Positions 52,675 through 64,000 of a stretch of 64,000 nt of DNA are shown here, piece by piece. The position numbers and the translations under genes are program-made. The notes below the pieces were generated by a model. That model searched no databases. It was not told where the DNA came from and was given only the letters and a program-made list of their open reading frames with translations. Where the stretch lies: the NCBI RefSeq assembly GCF_018977255.1, contig NW_024704773.1, positions 806,001 to 870,000 on the forward strand. The letters run 5' to 3'. The DNA comes from Callorhinchus milii (lineage: Eukaryota). Every line of letters starts with the position of its first letter. Positions within the stretch are counted from its first letter, which is position 1.

Positions 52675-54264
52675 ATCAATCTATTAATTTGTGTCCCAAT
52701 AGTCCAGACTTGATTTCACAATCTTCTGACCCAAAGGCGAGGGTGGTAACAACTGAGTCTGGATGACACCCCTGACAGCATTTGATTATATAGCAAGATC
52801 AAATAGTTTTGTACAACACACTGTCAAGAAAGAGGTGGTGATGGAGAAGAAAAAAAGGGCATTGAACTCAGATTATCCTGAATTGTTATCACACTCTGCC
52901 ACAGCCAGTCTCAAATCTGGGGCAAGGAAATAAAGAGAAGAAAGAGAATACTCGACATCCTTGTATAACAATGGTTGCTCATTCTTCCATCTTTTGCCAG
53001 TTCAGCCTCAGTGAGATTTCTCTTACCTCCCCTTCAAGCAGAGTAGATTCAGGCGTGGTACTTATTTTACCAACCTCGAAAGGATGAAAAGTTTAGTGGA
53101 CATTCAAACCCTTTTGGACCCAAGTCATCATATAAGCGACCCAGAATCAAAAAAAAGTATAGATTCTAATTTGCAATATCACAAAAGGAAATAAATTTGT
53201 AAATAACAAATCCTAGATGAGCCACAGATATTGCTCAGGAGCGCTGCTTCAATGCGAATGTCTTTTTAGACTACCTTATAGTAAGCGTCTGAATGGAGTT
53301 CCAGAGGGTCATCTATGACACATCCAGGATTCACCAGTTACAAAACTTGAATCTTGCAATTTTGACTTCAATATCAGTTCTCCCAAATAAGCAACATGTT
53401 GAAGCTATCAGTCATGAATTAACACTTCAACAGCATTAAAAGCTCAAACAATGATGTTGCAAATTTTGCCTTGCTTATCTCTATTGAATGTTTTTAGTAG
53501 CCTTTCTTGCTTACTCGCTACACTCAGCTTTGCCTATTTTTGAGCCTAGTCTGTGGCCTGCGCTGTTTACATAGACACAAACAATCACGCTCAGACTACC
53601 CAGGGCCAACAGTAAAACACAGACATTTGCTTCAGACCCCAGGAAATTAGGACAGAAATATCTCATCAATCTCAGTTTCCTTTTTCCAATTGAAACATAT
53701 GATTTCTTATTTCTGAATATTATAATACTATATAAACTCAGATTATATATACACAGATTGTAAAAGTGGTAAGTAAGCTTTGCAAAATGCTACTTTTTTT
53801 CTTCACTGTCCAGGAAACAAAAAGCATTCAGGTCTCCCTTCTCTGTTTGGTACTCTCAACATACATCTTTACTGTAAGGGTGTGCCTCCAAAAAACACAT
53901 CTGAAAACAATTTTTGTCTGTCCAAAAAACCATTTTACATAAAAACTGTCACAAAACCAAACAACGAAAGACTAATAACAATCCAATCTAGCTGGAGAAT
54001 AAACAATTTTTAATGTATCTGCTTTCCGATCTAGCTTCCTGTCCCTTGCACTGCAGAATATAGAAAACAAAACATATGTTCACTTTGGTCAGGCTCGAAC
54101 GATAACCAGAGCTGTTTTTATTGCAAGTGAGATAAATTTCCTGTTTCGTTCCACATTATTTCATGGAGAATATAAAATATCTGATCTGTTTTGTTATATT
54201 TGCCAACTCACTTGTTATAGAAGGTCTGTGCTGAAAAAGTTTGTGTTCTCTGCTTTCAGATTGT

Positions 54265-54650
54265 GTATCAGCCTGGCTCAGAGATAGCACTCTAGCCTCC
54301 GAGTCAGAAGGTTGTGGCTTCCATTCCCACGTTGGGGCTTGAACTCACATAGTTTAAGCTGGCAATGCAATGTTAGGGGAGTGCTGCATTGTCAGAGGTG
54401 TCACCCTTCAGATGAGATATTAAACCATTCGAAAAGAGAAGGGAGTTTCTCCCGGTGGCCTGACCAACAATCGCCCAAATACAATTGGTCATTCACTCCA
54501 TGGTTGTTTGTGGGACATTGCTGTGTGCAATTGGCTGCTCACAAATAAGCAGTCACTCCACTTCACAGTATTTCCTGTGAACTGCTTTGAGACGTCCTTT
54601 ATACTTTGTAAGGTGCTACATCAAATGGAAGGAATGTTTTTATTATTATC
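54265..54650 (+). mobile_element. DeuSINE
   Basis: Head tcagcctggctcagagatagcactctagcctccgagtcagaagg, partial Deu core, tail. Confidence 0.8.
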
Positions 54651-56251
54651 CCTGTGCACACTTTGCTTCTGAAATGAGAGACCTCCTTGCACTACATTGA
54701 ACTATTCAGTGTATTCACAACCTTTTAAATAAACCTTTTATACTATAGAAATAGCCCAAGAAACTATTCAATAGTACTTGAGGCTTGCTGGGCAGTCTAG
54801 AAACATGGCTATTATTTTTTTATCCCTTCTAGAGCCACAGCAGTTTCCAGTAGCTGCAGGATAGTGGATGTGACCACTTTTGTGTAGGAAAAAATATAAT
54901 ACAATAACTCAGTTCCTTTTTCTAAGTATCAAATTACCAAGAAGCACTGTTGCAATGATAGTCTATAAAGGACTATATTGGTCCATGCTTACAAAACATA
55001 GTCAGAAAATGAGATTCACTGGAGAGTATTCACTAGGCATTGGGCTTTGGACTTTATTTTCAAGAAAAGATAGAATTGTATAATGTAAATCCAAGACCAG
55101 TGTGATTTCACATTAGCTATGTTGCATCTGTTGTTGGAAAGTGTATATGATTGTCAGTTTCAATACACTGAGCTTTACCTAGCAAACACTCAGAGCCTCA
55201 CCAAAGAACCCAAAACATAGAGAGTATGACATTAACTTCAGCAAAAGCCCTAGCTGGAGTCTTATCTAAGATGGAGATAACAGAGAAAAACAAAGTCATC
55301 CCAGTCACTCAAAGGAATTAACCCAGTTAATGGGAGTTTAAAGTAAGGCTGTCAGATTTCTGTTTGGGGAGATCGCTTTTGAATACACTGTTTGTCTACA
55401 GCTAAGAATGTAATACACCATCTGCAGCTATTAAGATCTAATGGGCAATTATTACTGCTTTCCAAAACAACAAAGAAACATTTCATTTCCAGATAGCAGT
55501 ATTCCAATTAATTTGATGTTCTTAGCAAGATGTCTCTTAAACATAGATCTTCAAAAGTACTGCATTTTCAGGAATTTCACAAACAACCCACATCACTCCT
55601 TCCTTCCTGGGAATCTCTCCCAGNAAAAAACACTTAATTCATCCAATTTCTGACCTAGTTTCCTGCCCACAGCAATGCAGAAAACAGAAATCAAAAGTTT
55701 TTTCTGCCAATTAAATACATTTTCTGAAATACATTTTCAGTTCAATTCTGCAATCAATCATGGAGAACATATATCTGATTAAAGTATTGTTCCCAAGCAT
55801 ACTTGCTGTTCAACTTCTATGCTGAGGTAGTTTATGTTCTTTGCTTCTCCAGATTAAAGTGCTTAAAGTGCCTAAAACATAGGAAAACCGGAATAGGAGG
55901 AGGCCATTCAACCCACTGAGCCTGTTCTACCAGTTTATTATATCTTATCAGATCTTTCAGTGCCTGTCCTTTCATCATACTCAACAAACCTGCATTTATA
56001 TAGTGCCTATCCAGGTAAGCATCTCCTTAAAACCTCTGCTACACAAGTATCTGTCTACCTCTCTTTTAAACAAGCCTATTGATTCTGCCTCCACAACTTA
56101 AGTATGAAAAGTGAAAAGGGATTCCAGTGAAGGGATACAGACCTTCACTGGATAATAATAGTTTGGAATAATACTTCAATCAGATATTTAAGAACATTTT
56201 GTTTACAGTATGTTTTACAGAATGCACAAGTAAACCGATCCAATACCCGAA

Positions 56252-56610
56252 AATAATAATAATCATCCATGCATTTGATATAGCGCCTTATCACTTCGAT
56301 GAGACGTCTCAAAGTGCTTCACAGAATATACTGTAAAGTGAATTGCCTGTGTAGTTTGTGGGTGAAAGTGGGCAAAACCTGGCAGCCAATTGAGCACAGC
56401 AGTGTCCCACAAAGTCGTGGATTGAATGACCAAATTATTATTTTTTTAAGGCATTATTACCCCCAGAAAGCGATCCGCCATTCGACTAACTACCTATTTA
56501 CTGCTAGATAAGCAGGCATGAAAAGTAAGGAAACTTGCTTTAGGATTCGCCCTGCCAGGGAATAGAACACGGATCCTCTCGCTTGAGTGCTCTAACCAAT
56601 ACACTACAGT
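56252..56610 (-). mobile_element. Young SINE, long subfamily
   Basis: Tail, body, internal segment and decayed head in reverse orientation. Confidence 0.8.
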
Positions 56611-56699
56611 ATACTACATTACTATCTTATCAAATATTTGATAAAATAATTGATTGCCACATGGATAACTTGCATAGAAATTAATCTGAGTTGTACTTA

Positions 56700-57370
56700 A
56701 GTAACATCGTAACATCACCCGACTCCGCCACTACCTCACCCCTCAGGCCGCTGAAACTCTTGTTCATGCCTTCATCACCTCCTGGCTCGACTATGCAGAC
56801 GTTCTGCTTATCGGCCTTCCCAACTCCTCCCTCCACAGCTACAGATAATGCAGAACTCTGCAGCCCGTGTCCTCTCTTACACCAAACTCCGTGACCCCAT
56901 CTCCCCCACTCTTGCCCGACTCCACTGGCTCCCTAACCTTCAGAGGATCCAGTTCAACATCCTGGTCCTCACATACAAAGCCCTCCATGGCCTCGACCCA
57001 CCCTACCTCTGCGACCTCCTAACCCCCTACCAACCCACCTGTTCCCTATGCTCAGCCGGCTCTGGCCTGCTCCACGTCCCCCAACCCACCCGCCCCACCA
57101 TTGGCGGGAGAGCCTTCAGCCATTCTGTCCCCAACCTCTGGAATTCCATCCCCCAGTCACTCCGGCTCGCCCCCTCCTTAGCCTCCTTCAAGTCCCGCCT
57201 CAAGACCCTCCTCTTCGACCATGCCATCGGCCACTCCCCTTCCCCTCCCCTCCCTTACCCTCCCTACCCCAGCTCGGGTCTAAAATGCTGTATTCTGTCC
57301 AGTGCCTTGGGACGTCCTCCCAACGTGAAAGACGCTATACAAATGGAATCTTGTTGTTGTTGTTGTTGTT
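56700..57370 (+). mobile_element. L2 LINE 3' fragment ending ~60 bp from the ACER2 exon 3 donor
   Basis: ORF 56848-57372 QNSAARVLS...HWLPNLQRIQFNILVLTYKALHG...; stem-loop and (ttg)n tail. Confidence 0.93.
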
Positions 57371-57427
57371 AAGTGACTACAGGGCACATGCTATGCATCT
57401 AGATCTCACCTAGATTTTGTATTTTAC

Positions 57428-57569
57428 CTGTCTCGTCGAAAAATCCGCGGCAAGTATCTTCTGGGGAACCACATGCCAAAGGCACACATTAGAACCCAAA
57501 GGATAGCTAGCTCATCCAGCATCTGGCCAAGGAAGCTCAGAGTCGCATGAAAGTAAACTGATCCAATAC
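57428..57569 (-). CDS. ACER2: ACER2 exon 3
   Basis: ttttcag|GT...AG|gtaa; 142 nt; [47 protein letters not shown](R); contains the CREST-family SxxxH motif. Confidence 0.97.
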
Positions 57570-59444
57570 CTGAAAAGTAAAGCACGGACAGTTTTGTAAC
57601 ATGATCAGATCCAACATGGATGTTTGAAGTAGATTATTATTTGTATACATTAATATGGAAGATGGGAACCAAAACATTCAAGTAAGTTTACAGATTTGAA
57701 CTTCTCATTCGCTTTTCTCACAAGGCAATAGTCGATTTGGAAACCAATCACGTCTTGAGTCTACAGCATTAAGTAAAACTAGGAACATTAAAGAGCAGCT
57801 ACATAAATCCGAGAATGTAACCTTCCATCAACTGTGCTGCATCTTGAAGCAAATATAAAAAGGGGTTTAGTCAATCTTGGTGTACTTCAGACCACAGCAG
57901 TATATACACACCAATAAGTGGGAGTGTGTTACAAGATTAAGATTTAACCGTATGGATTGGATGAAATCAAACAATGAGCGCAAAGCCAGAAGGGTCTGTA
58001 AACATCTGAACCAGCGGATGATCAATAAAACTCCCTGATGTGTTACTTTATGTTACAACCTTCCGCCCAAGGCATTGAAAAAACAATGATTTTAGTCAAT
58101 AGAGAAAGTTTCACTAAATGGTGGTGCACCAATGTGCTGGAGAACTACCATACAGCAGAATGGTAATGGAAGATATAGGTTTGATCCCCGATCTCAGGTC
58201 TGCCATTGTGGGGATACCCAAAACAGTAACCCAGTACATCTCTAATTAATAGTCAGAAGGTGGAGGGGAAGAAATAAGAAACAATAGATAGAGTTTATCA
58301 ATTAACTCCTTTTAGTAATTGGTTGACTAAACTCTAATTTTCAAAAGGAGCAAAATGCTACCTAAATGGAATAACATTTGTCTTAACTGACATAAACTGT
58401 TTCTGTTCGATGTTCGTACCAGATACAATACAGAGGGAGGTAACAAATGAACCTTCAGAACAGCAATTTTCTGCTACAAGTGAAGCCAATTCTTGACAAA
58501 AACTCAGCTGAGGCCTGAGACTAGTGTAATGTAATATAGGTCGCTGTGAGCTAAAGTGTGAACAAGCAAAGTCAAGCTCACAAGATCCCATGAATTGAAA
58601 GAATCTACCATCAATTTAATCAGAAACAACTTCAAATTCCAGGTAAGTGGTCCATTTCATACACCAAGATACAATGCAATATTCTTCAAACACAATCCCA
58701 TCAAAGATTGGCAACTGACAGAAACAGCTCTTCTATGCGCTCTAAAAGAGTTGGGAGAGAGTTAATGATTTAGCATCGTCTCCAAATAATATATACATAT
58801 TTTTCCAATTTTATTTCCCCCGAAAAGCACTGACTCTCTTGGTCAGATATGACCATCGTTATTTTACAAGATGACTAGATCACAAGACAGGATTGGCTGA
58901 AAACTAAACTTGTCACTTTTTAATGGAGACACCATTCTATGTATACACTGGGCATCTGCTGACTGGGATATTCCTATATTGCTGTGAGGTCCTGGAATGA
59001 CAGACATGACATTTCTTCCATACCAGATATGCACAGCTCATGAAGGTGAGGACCCACGTCCCACTGTTTGCTAAAGCTGCAGATCATGGTCTTATTACCA
59101 ATTATATACCGTCCTTCACGCAGGATAACATCTTTACAAGGTCACAATAACTTATTTTGACATAGTCAAATGGCCTCAAGGTATATCCCACTATTTGACT
59201 GTTAATAACAGATGCTCATTGACTGGAAATTTTCAGTAAATGATCAATAACTATACTCAAATCTTTTCACACTTTATCGTGTCCATGTTTTAAATTTTCT
59301 GTTTCAATATGAATTTAGCTCATATTTATTCATGTTAAAATCTATCTGTTACTCCTTAGCTGATCTATTTAATTGTTTCATACCTTTTTTAATGCCGCTT
59401 TATCTTTTTTAATGCTGCTTTAATTTTCTTCCTTAGCCACATAT

Positions 59445-59745
59445 AGAACCATAGAAATTTACAGCATTGAAGAACGCCATTGGCTCATCATGTCTGTGCG
59501 ATCACCCTTAAGAACAATCCTTTCAGTCCCATTTACCTGCCTTTTCGCCATACCCCTATAGTGGACTCTTTTTAAGGGATTTGTCTCGTTCTCTCTTGAA
59601 GGCCAATATAGATTCTGCCTTAGCTACTGCTCCCGGCAGGGCATTCCATATCCTGACTACTCTGTGGGTGGAAAAACATTCTCCTAACATCCACCATTTG
59701 CTCATTTACTAACTATTTTAAATTGTTGCCCTCTAGTTACTAACT
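59445..59745 (-). mobile_element. CR1 3' fragment
   Basis: atagaaccatagaaatttacagca tail (reverse) and ggcattccatatcctgactactctgtgggtg. Confidence 0.7.
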
Positions 59746-59984
59746 CAGCAAGTGAGTCATATTTTTTACTTTGTATCTTTATATTATTAATAATGTCAGT
59801 ATTCTCCTCTAGGTTATTTGTATGTAAAGCATTGTTTTATCATCCTTATCTGAAAGTTACCAATTAAATTGTTCCATTACCAGTATATTTCTTATTTATT
59901 TATGCATCAGTGTGAACTTCCGCAGCTCACTAGCTGCAATTGCTGAGCCATCTGATTGTGAGGAGCACAGGGATATACAGTGAG

Positions 59985-60340
59985 TTATAGAGATTGTGTA
60001 TTTTGTAGGTGAATGGGATTTCTAATTTGGGCACAGTAATATTTCACAAACAACCATGAAGTGAATGATCCTTTTTATTTAGAATTGTGGCCTAAACACT
60101 GGAAGAAACACCATTCTCATTTTGAATAATACCAAGGGATCTTTAATGACCATCTAAACAGGTAGATGGGATCTTGGCTTACCATCTCATTTGAAAGAAG
60201 GCCCCTCCAACAATGCAGCACACCCTCAGCACCGCATTGGAATATCAGCCTAGGGGAATTCAAAGACACTATGTGGGGTTTGAACCCACAACCTTATGAC
60301 TCAGAGATGAGAGTGCAACCAACTGAGCCAGGCTGACACA
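59985..60340 (-). mobile_element. DeuSINE
   Basis: Reverse Deu core and head (gactcagagatgagagtgcaaccaactgagccaggctgacac). Confidence 0.8.
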
Positions 60341-60499
60341 TTGTCGGGACATCTCAAAGACAGATCAAGACAGGGTAAAGTACTTTGCGACATTTACACC
60401 CTGGTATTTTATGGCTTGGCACCCCACGACCTGGCTCGTACCGTAATGCACATTTCAACCCAAATCATCTCTAAACTAACAAAACCTGGGGTAGCCCTA

Positions 60500-60795
60500 A
60501 TGGTGTAGTGAATGGAGCTCCAGAATACAGCACACAGACTGGTTTGAAACTTGACCTGTGATGAGTTTGACGTTCTCTGCCAAGGAAACATGGGGAAACT
60601 GAGTTGGGCTTTAGTCTGCCCGGGGTTAGGGAGGATTTAGCAAACTCAGGTTTTCTGCTCCTGGTACCTCTTCAGGACCTTTCATTGGGAGTGTGTGCAT
60701 GGCAACTAGGTGAGGAGTGGTCAGACCCAGCTGTGATGCCCACTAGTCGAGTGGCCTGCCATCACTCACACTCATTGCCAGGGCTCAAGTGGGAA
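60500..60795 (+). mobile_element. Ancient AmnSINE2-like SINE
   Basis: ggttagggagg...ctgctcctg...ggtgaggagtgg...gctgtgatgccc...gtcgagtggcctgcc..cactcac; family call is from remembered consensus. Confidence 0.55.
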
Positions 60796-62294
60796 GTTTT
60801 CCCAATCAGTTCCAATGGTTTTCCCAATCAGTTCCAATCATGTAAGACAATGTCAATTTATTAGTTTCAATCAAGAGCAGGTTTCTGTCACCTCAATCCC
60901 GTGGAGGGCAATATGGTAAATTAATATTTATTGCAGTATTACTATGAATTTAGTATGAAACTGGTCTGTGTGCCTCGGCAAGTTAATTAATAAATTCAAC
61001 GACCAGCTCGGGTCCAAATCCCTGACTGTCCAGCTCCCTGGGATGTCCTCCTGATGTGTAAGGCGCTATATAAATGTAATCTGCTGTGGTTGTTGTTGTT
61101 GTTGTACGTGCCATTTGTTTCCATCACAGATGAAACTGGATCTCACTGGGACGAGGGATCAGGAGTGCTCCCCACACTCAATTATAGCAGGATTAAATAG
61201 AAGTTCTTGGGAATAAAATTTGAAGCATAGTCACTCTAACCACAAGAACCTTGAACTGTCCTAGACAGTTATTTTTTCCCAATGATACGGCTGTCACACC
61301 TGGTTACTGATTTGGTTCAAGGCTCCTCTCCGAATGCTTCACATATTTTAAGCGTGAAAGGAAATGAAACACATATTGAAAAGAAAAAGCCATTAATTTT
61401 TAATCTTCCCAAGAGACTCACTAATAAACTGTTCAAGTAGGTGTGTGCCACAAAGCAAACTTATTGTCAGACTATCATTTGATAAAACAGTCAATTCACT
61501 TTACAGTATATTCTGTGAAGCGCTTTGAGACGTCTAGAAGACCTGAAAAGCGCTATATCAAATGCAAGGATTATTATTATTATTAACTGCATCAGAAATT
61601 CCTATGTGGTTTCAAGCAGCGGTTAAGTCAAATCATTTGGATACTGTATGTAAACTTCCAGCACCGTTTAATCTTATTTAATAAGGCTCTGTATACTATT
61701 CAGGCGCCAGATGGTTTCAGGAGCTCCAAATAAATATTCCACTGTTATTCTGATTGGAAGCCTACTCTCCATGCTGGGAGCATGATCAAAGGCTGTAATT
61801 AAGACAATCTCAGAAGACTTCACTGTAGTTTAAAGCAGGGGTCCCAAATAATCCATTTTTTAAAATTTAAATCAACATCTACAAACAAAAGTGGTAATTC
61901 AGCGATTAATAAAAATAATAGATGTCCTTCTGATGTGATACGGCGTGATACCAAATGCAAGGATTATTGCATCACAATCACAAGGCATCACAATAACAAT
62001 TTTACATTTATGTAGGGCTTTTCTCATGGAGAGGATGCTTCAAAGTGCTTCACAGAGTTGTAAAATACACCCAGTATTATACAGTACCAACAAAGAAGAA
62101 ATAAGGTCAGATTGTTTTCAAGGCCAACTGAAATTGATTGTGCAAAAGTGCACAAGATAATAATAATAATCCTTGCATTTGATATAGCTCTTTTCACATC
62201 TTCTAGACAACTCAAAGCGCATTTTCGAGACATCTCAAAGATGTTCACTAGTCCAGCTTCAATAAACCTTTGCAAAATCTACGCAAACACTATT

Positions 62295-62523
62295 TCAGTG
62301 AGCGAATAGTGAGCCGTGGAATAGGCTCCCTAGGGAGACGGTTAAAGCAGGAAGTGTTGATTCTTGCAAACACAGATTAGATAACTTTCTTTTAAGAAAT
62401 AGCATTATGGGATGTAGAACATAGCTAGTTCGGGACTTATACGCATTCGACTGCCAGGAAGCTGGAAGGCAAACTAGATGGACCTTGGTCTTTTTACATC
62501 TAGCTCTTCTGATGTTCTTATGA
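62295..62523 (+). mobile_element. CR1 3' end
   Basis: Reads FSERIVSRGIGSLGRRLKQ-like decayed ORF2 end; tail gatgttcttatga. Confidence 0.65.
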
Positions 62524-62823
62524 TTAGTCTCAAAAATAGTGAGCTGGCAAGGAACATCTAGCATTGTGTGTTCCTATGATCTAAACTACTGGAATAATTG
62601 TTTCTCCTTTTTGTTAAGTTGATTACATAAAATAACATAAAAAGGAAGCAACACACATAAGCCAAACTGATAATACTTTGGAATTCTAATCAAAGCTTGC
62701 AGTAATCACCATAGAGGGAAATAATAACATGGCTCCCTCGATGACTTTGGATACTGAGGCTTGCAGATAAGCATAGTCCCAAAGTTTATCCCGGACTTGT
62801 GCAGAGTTAACAGATCTCAGTCA

Positions 62824-63024
<201 letters not shown>

Positions 63025-64000
63025 CTAGCACAGTATGTATAAAATCATGTCAGCAGCAATTAATAATATCAATATGATTTCAACCACAAAGCATGGAGAC
63101 AACCACAAGGTTTTTCGCTACTCAGGTGCTTTCCCCACATTTCCCCTTCTCCACATGCACCTCTGACGTAACTCAGCACCCATATGAAACTATTCCCTAG
63201 CTGAGGACATTGATATCAAAGAGATACACAGACCAGTTTATGTGGTCGGAAAGGTAATGATGTGCCCCTCTTCTCAGGAGAAATCCTAGGCTCAACTCTT
63301 CCATATCTAAGGATGTTCCCATCCCATGGTTTAGTTTATGTTTTACCAACCCAACAATATGCTCTAAAATATATATAATGATCATTGCATTTGATATAGT
63401 ACCTTATCATGTCATCATGATGTCTCAAAGCACTTTACAGGATTTACTGTAAAGTGGTGTGACTTTGTATTTTTTAGGCAAACCATAAAAGGATTATGAT
63501 TTAAATTATAAACAAATTTGGTACTGAAGGTCATCTTCTAGAGTTCAATGAGTACAGTATCCCTCTACTTACAATTAATCTACATATTACCATCTGTTAA
63601 GTAAATAGAACTGAATCCGACTTTCAAATTTGGTAGCCAAAGTCCCAAAGTTATTTTATATTAGCACAAATTGAAATGATTGGAGAGATGAAGGCTTGTG
63701 TGCAGTATTAAGGCTGGTATGGACTAGTTGGCCTAAATGGCCTGTTCCAGTAGTGTAAAGTTTACGTAAATGGTGTCCACCCAGTCCCTGTGAAGCGCTC
63801 TGAGACCATTATCTGACATGAAGTGTGCTGTACAAATGTAAGTAGTTGTAATTCTTATGTAACTCATAACTGGGGAATGTTTTCAAAATGTTGTGATGTA
63901 TTAGACAAGAGTTCAGAAAACATAAGGTTGACCCACCCTCCCCCACCTCTGGTAACCTCAGCAAAGCACCAACCCAACAGTGTGCATTTAAAGGGAACCA

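Noticed and set aside
56848-57372. 174-aa ORF ending in poly-Cys
   Set aside because: L2 ORF2 C-terminus read through into the (ttg)n tail

Overview
Vertebrate genomic DNA, AT-rich and repeat-dense. The repeat content (DeuSINE, AmnSINE2-like, L2, CR1/HER-type tails, a Penelope-type hairpin) suggests a cartilaginous fish, possibly a chimaera; this is inference. Two spliced genes converge tail-to-tail. On + are the last four coding exons of SLC24A2 (NCKX2, K+-dependent Na+/Ca2+ exchanger; 4932-17989), followed by a probable ~5.3 kb 3'UTR. On - are exons 2-6 of ACER2 (alkaline ceramidase 2; 62994-41853), with exon 1 outside the window. All exons were read by hand with GT-AG boundaries and consistent phases. 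Almost all other ORFs in the track are repeat-derived or spurious. I found no convincing novel protein-coding system. The most interesting non-routine signals are: a TSD-flanked Penelope-type hairpin with a hammerhead-like remnant; a solo LTR with an exact TSD; a 71-bp inverted duplication; SINE subfamilies sharing an L2 tail; inverted SINEs around a symmetric ACER2 exon; a near-consensus CTCF site between the genes; and clustered miRNA/Pumilio motifs in the SLC24A2 3'UTR. Repeat family names come from remembered consensus similarity and repeat boundaries are approximate.
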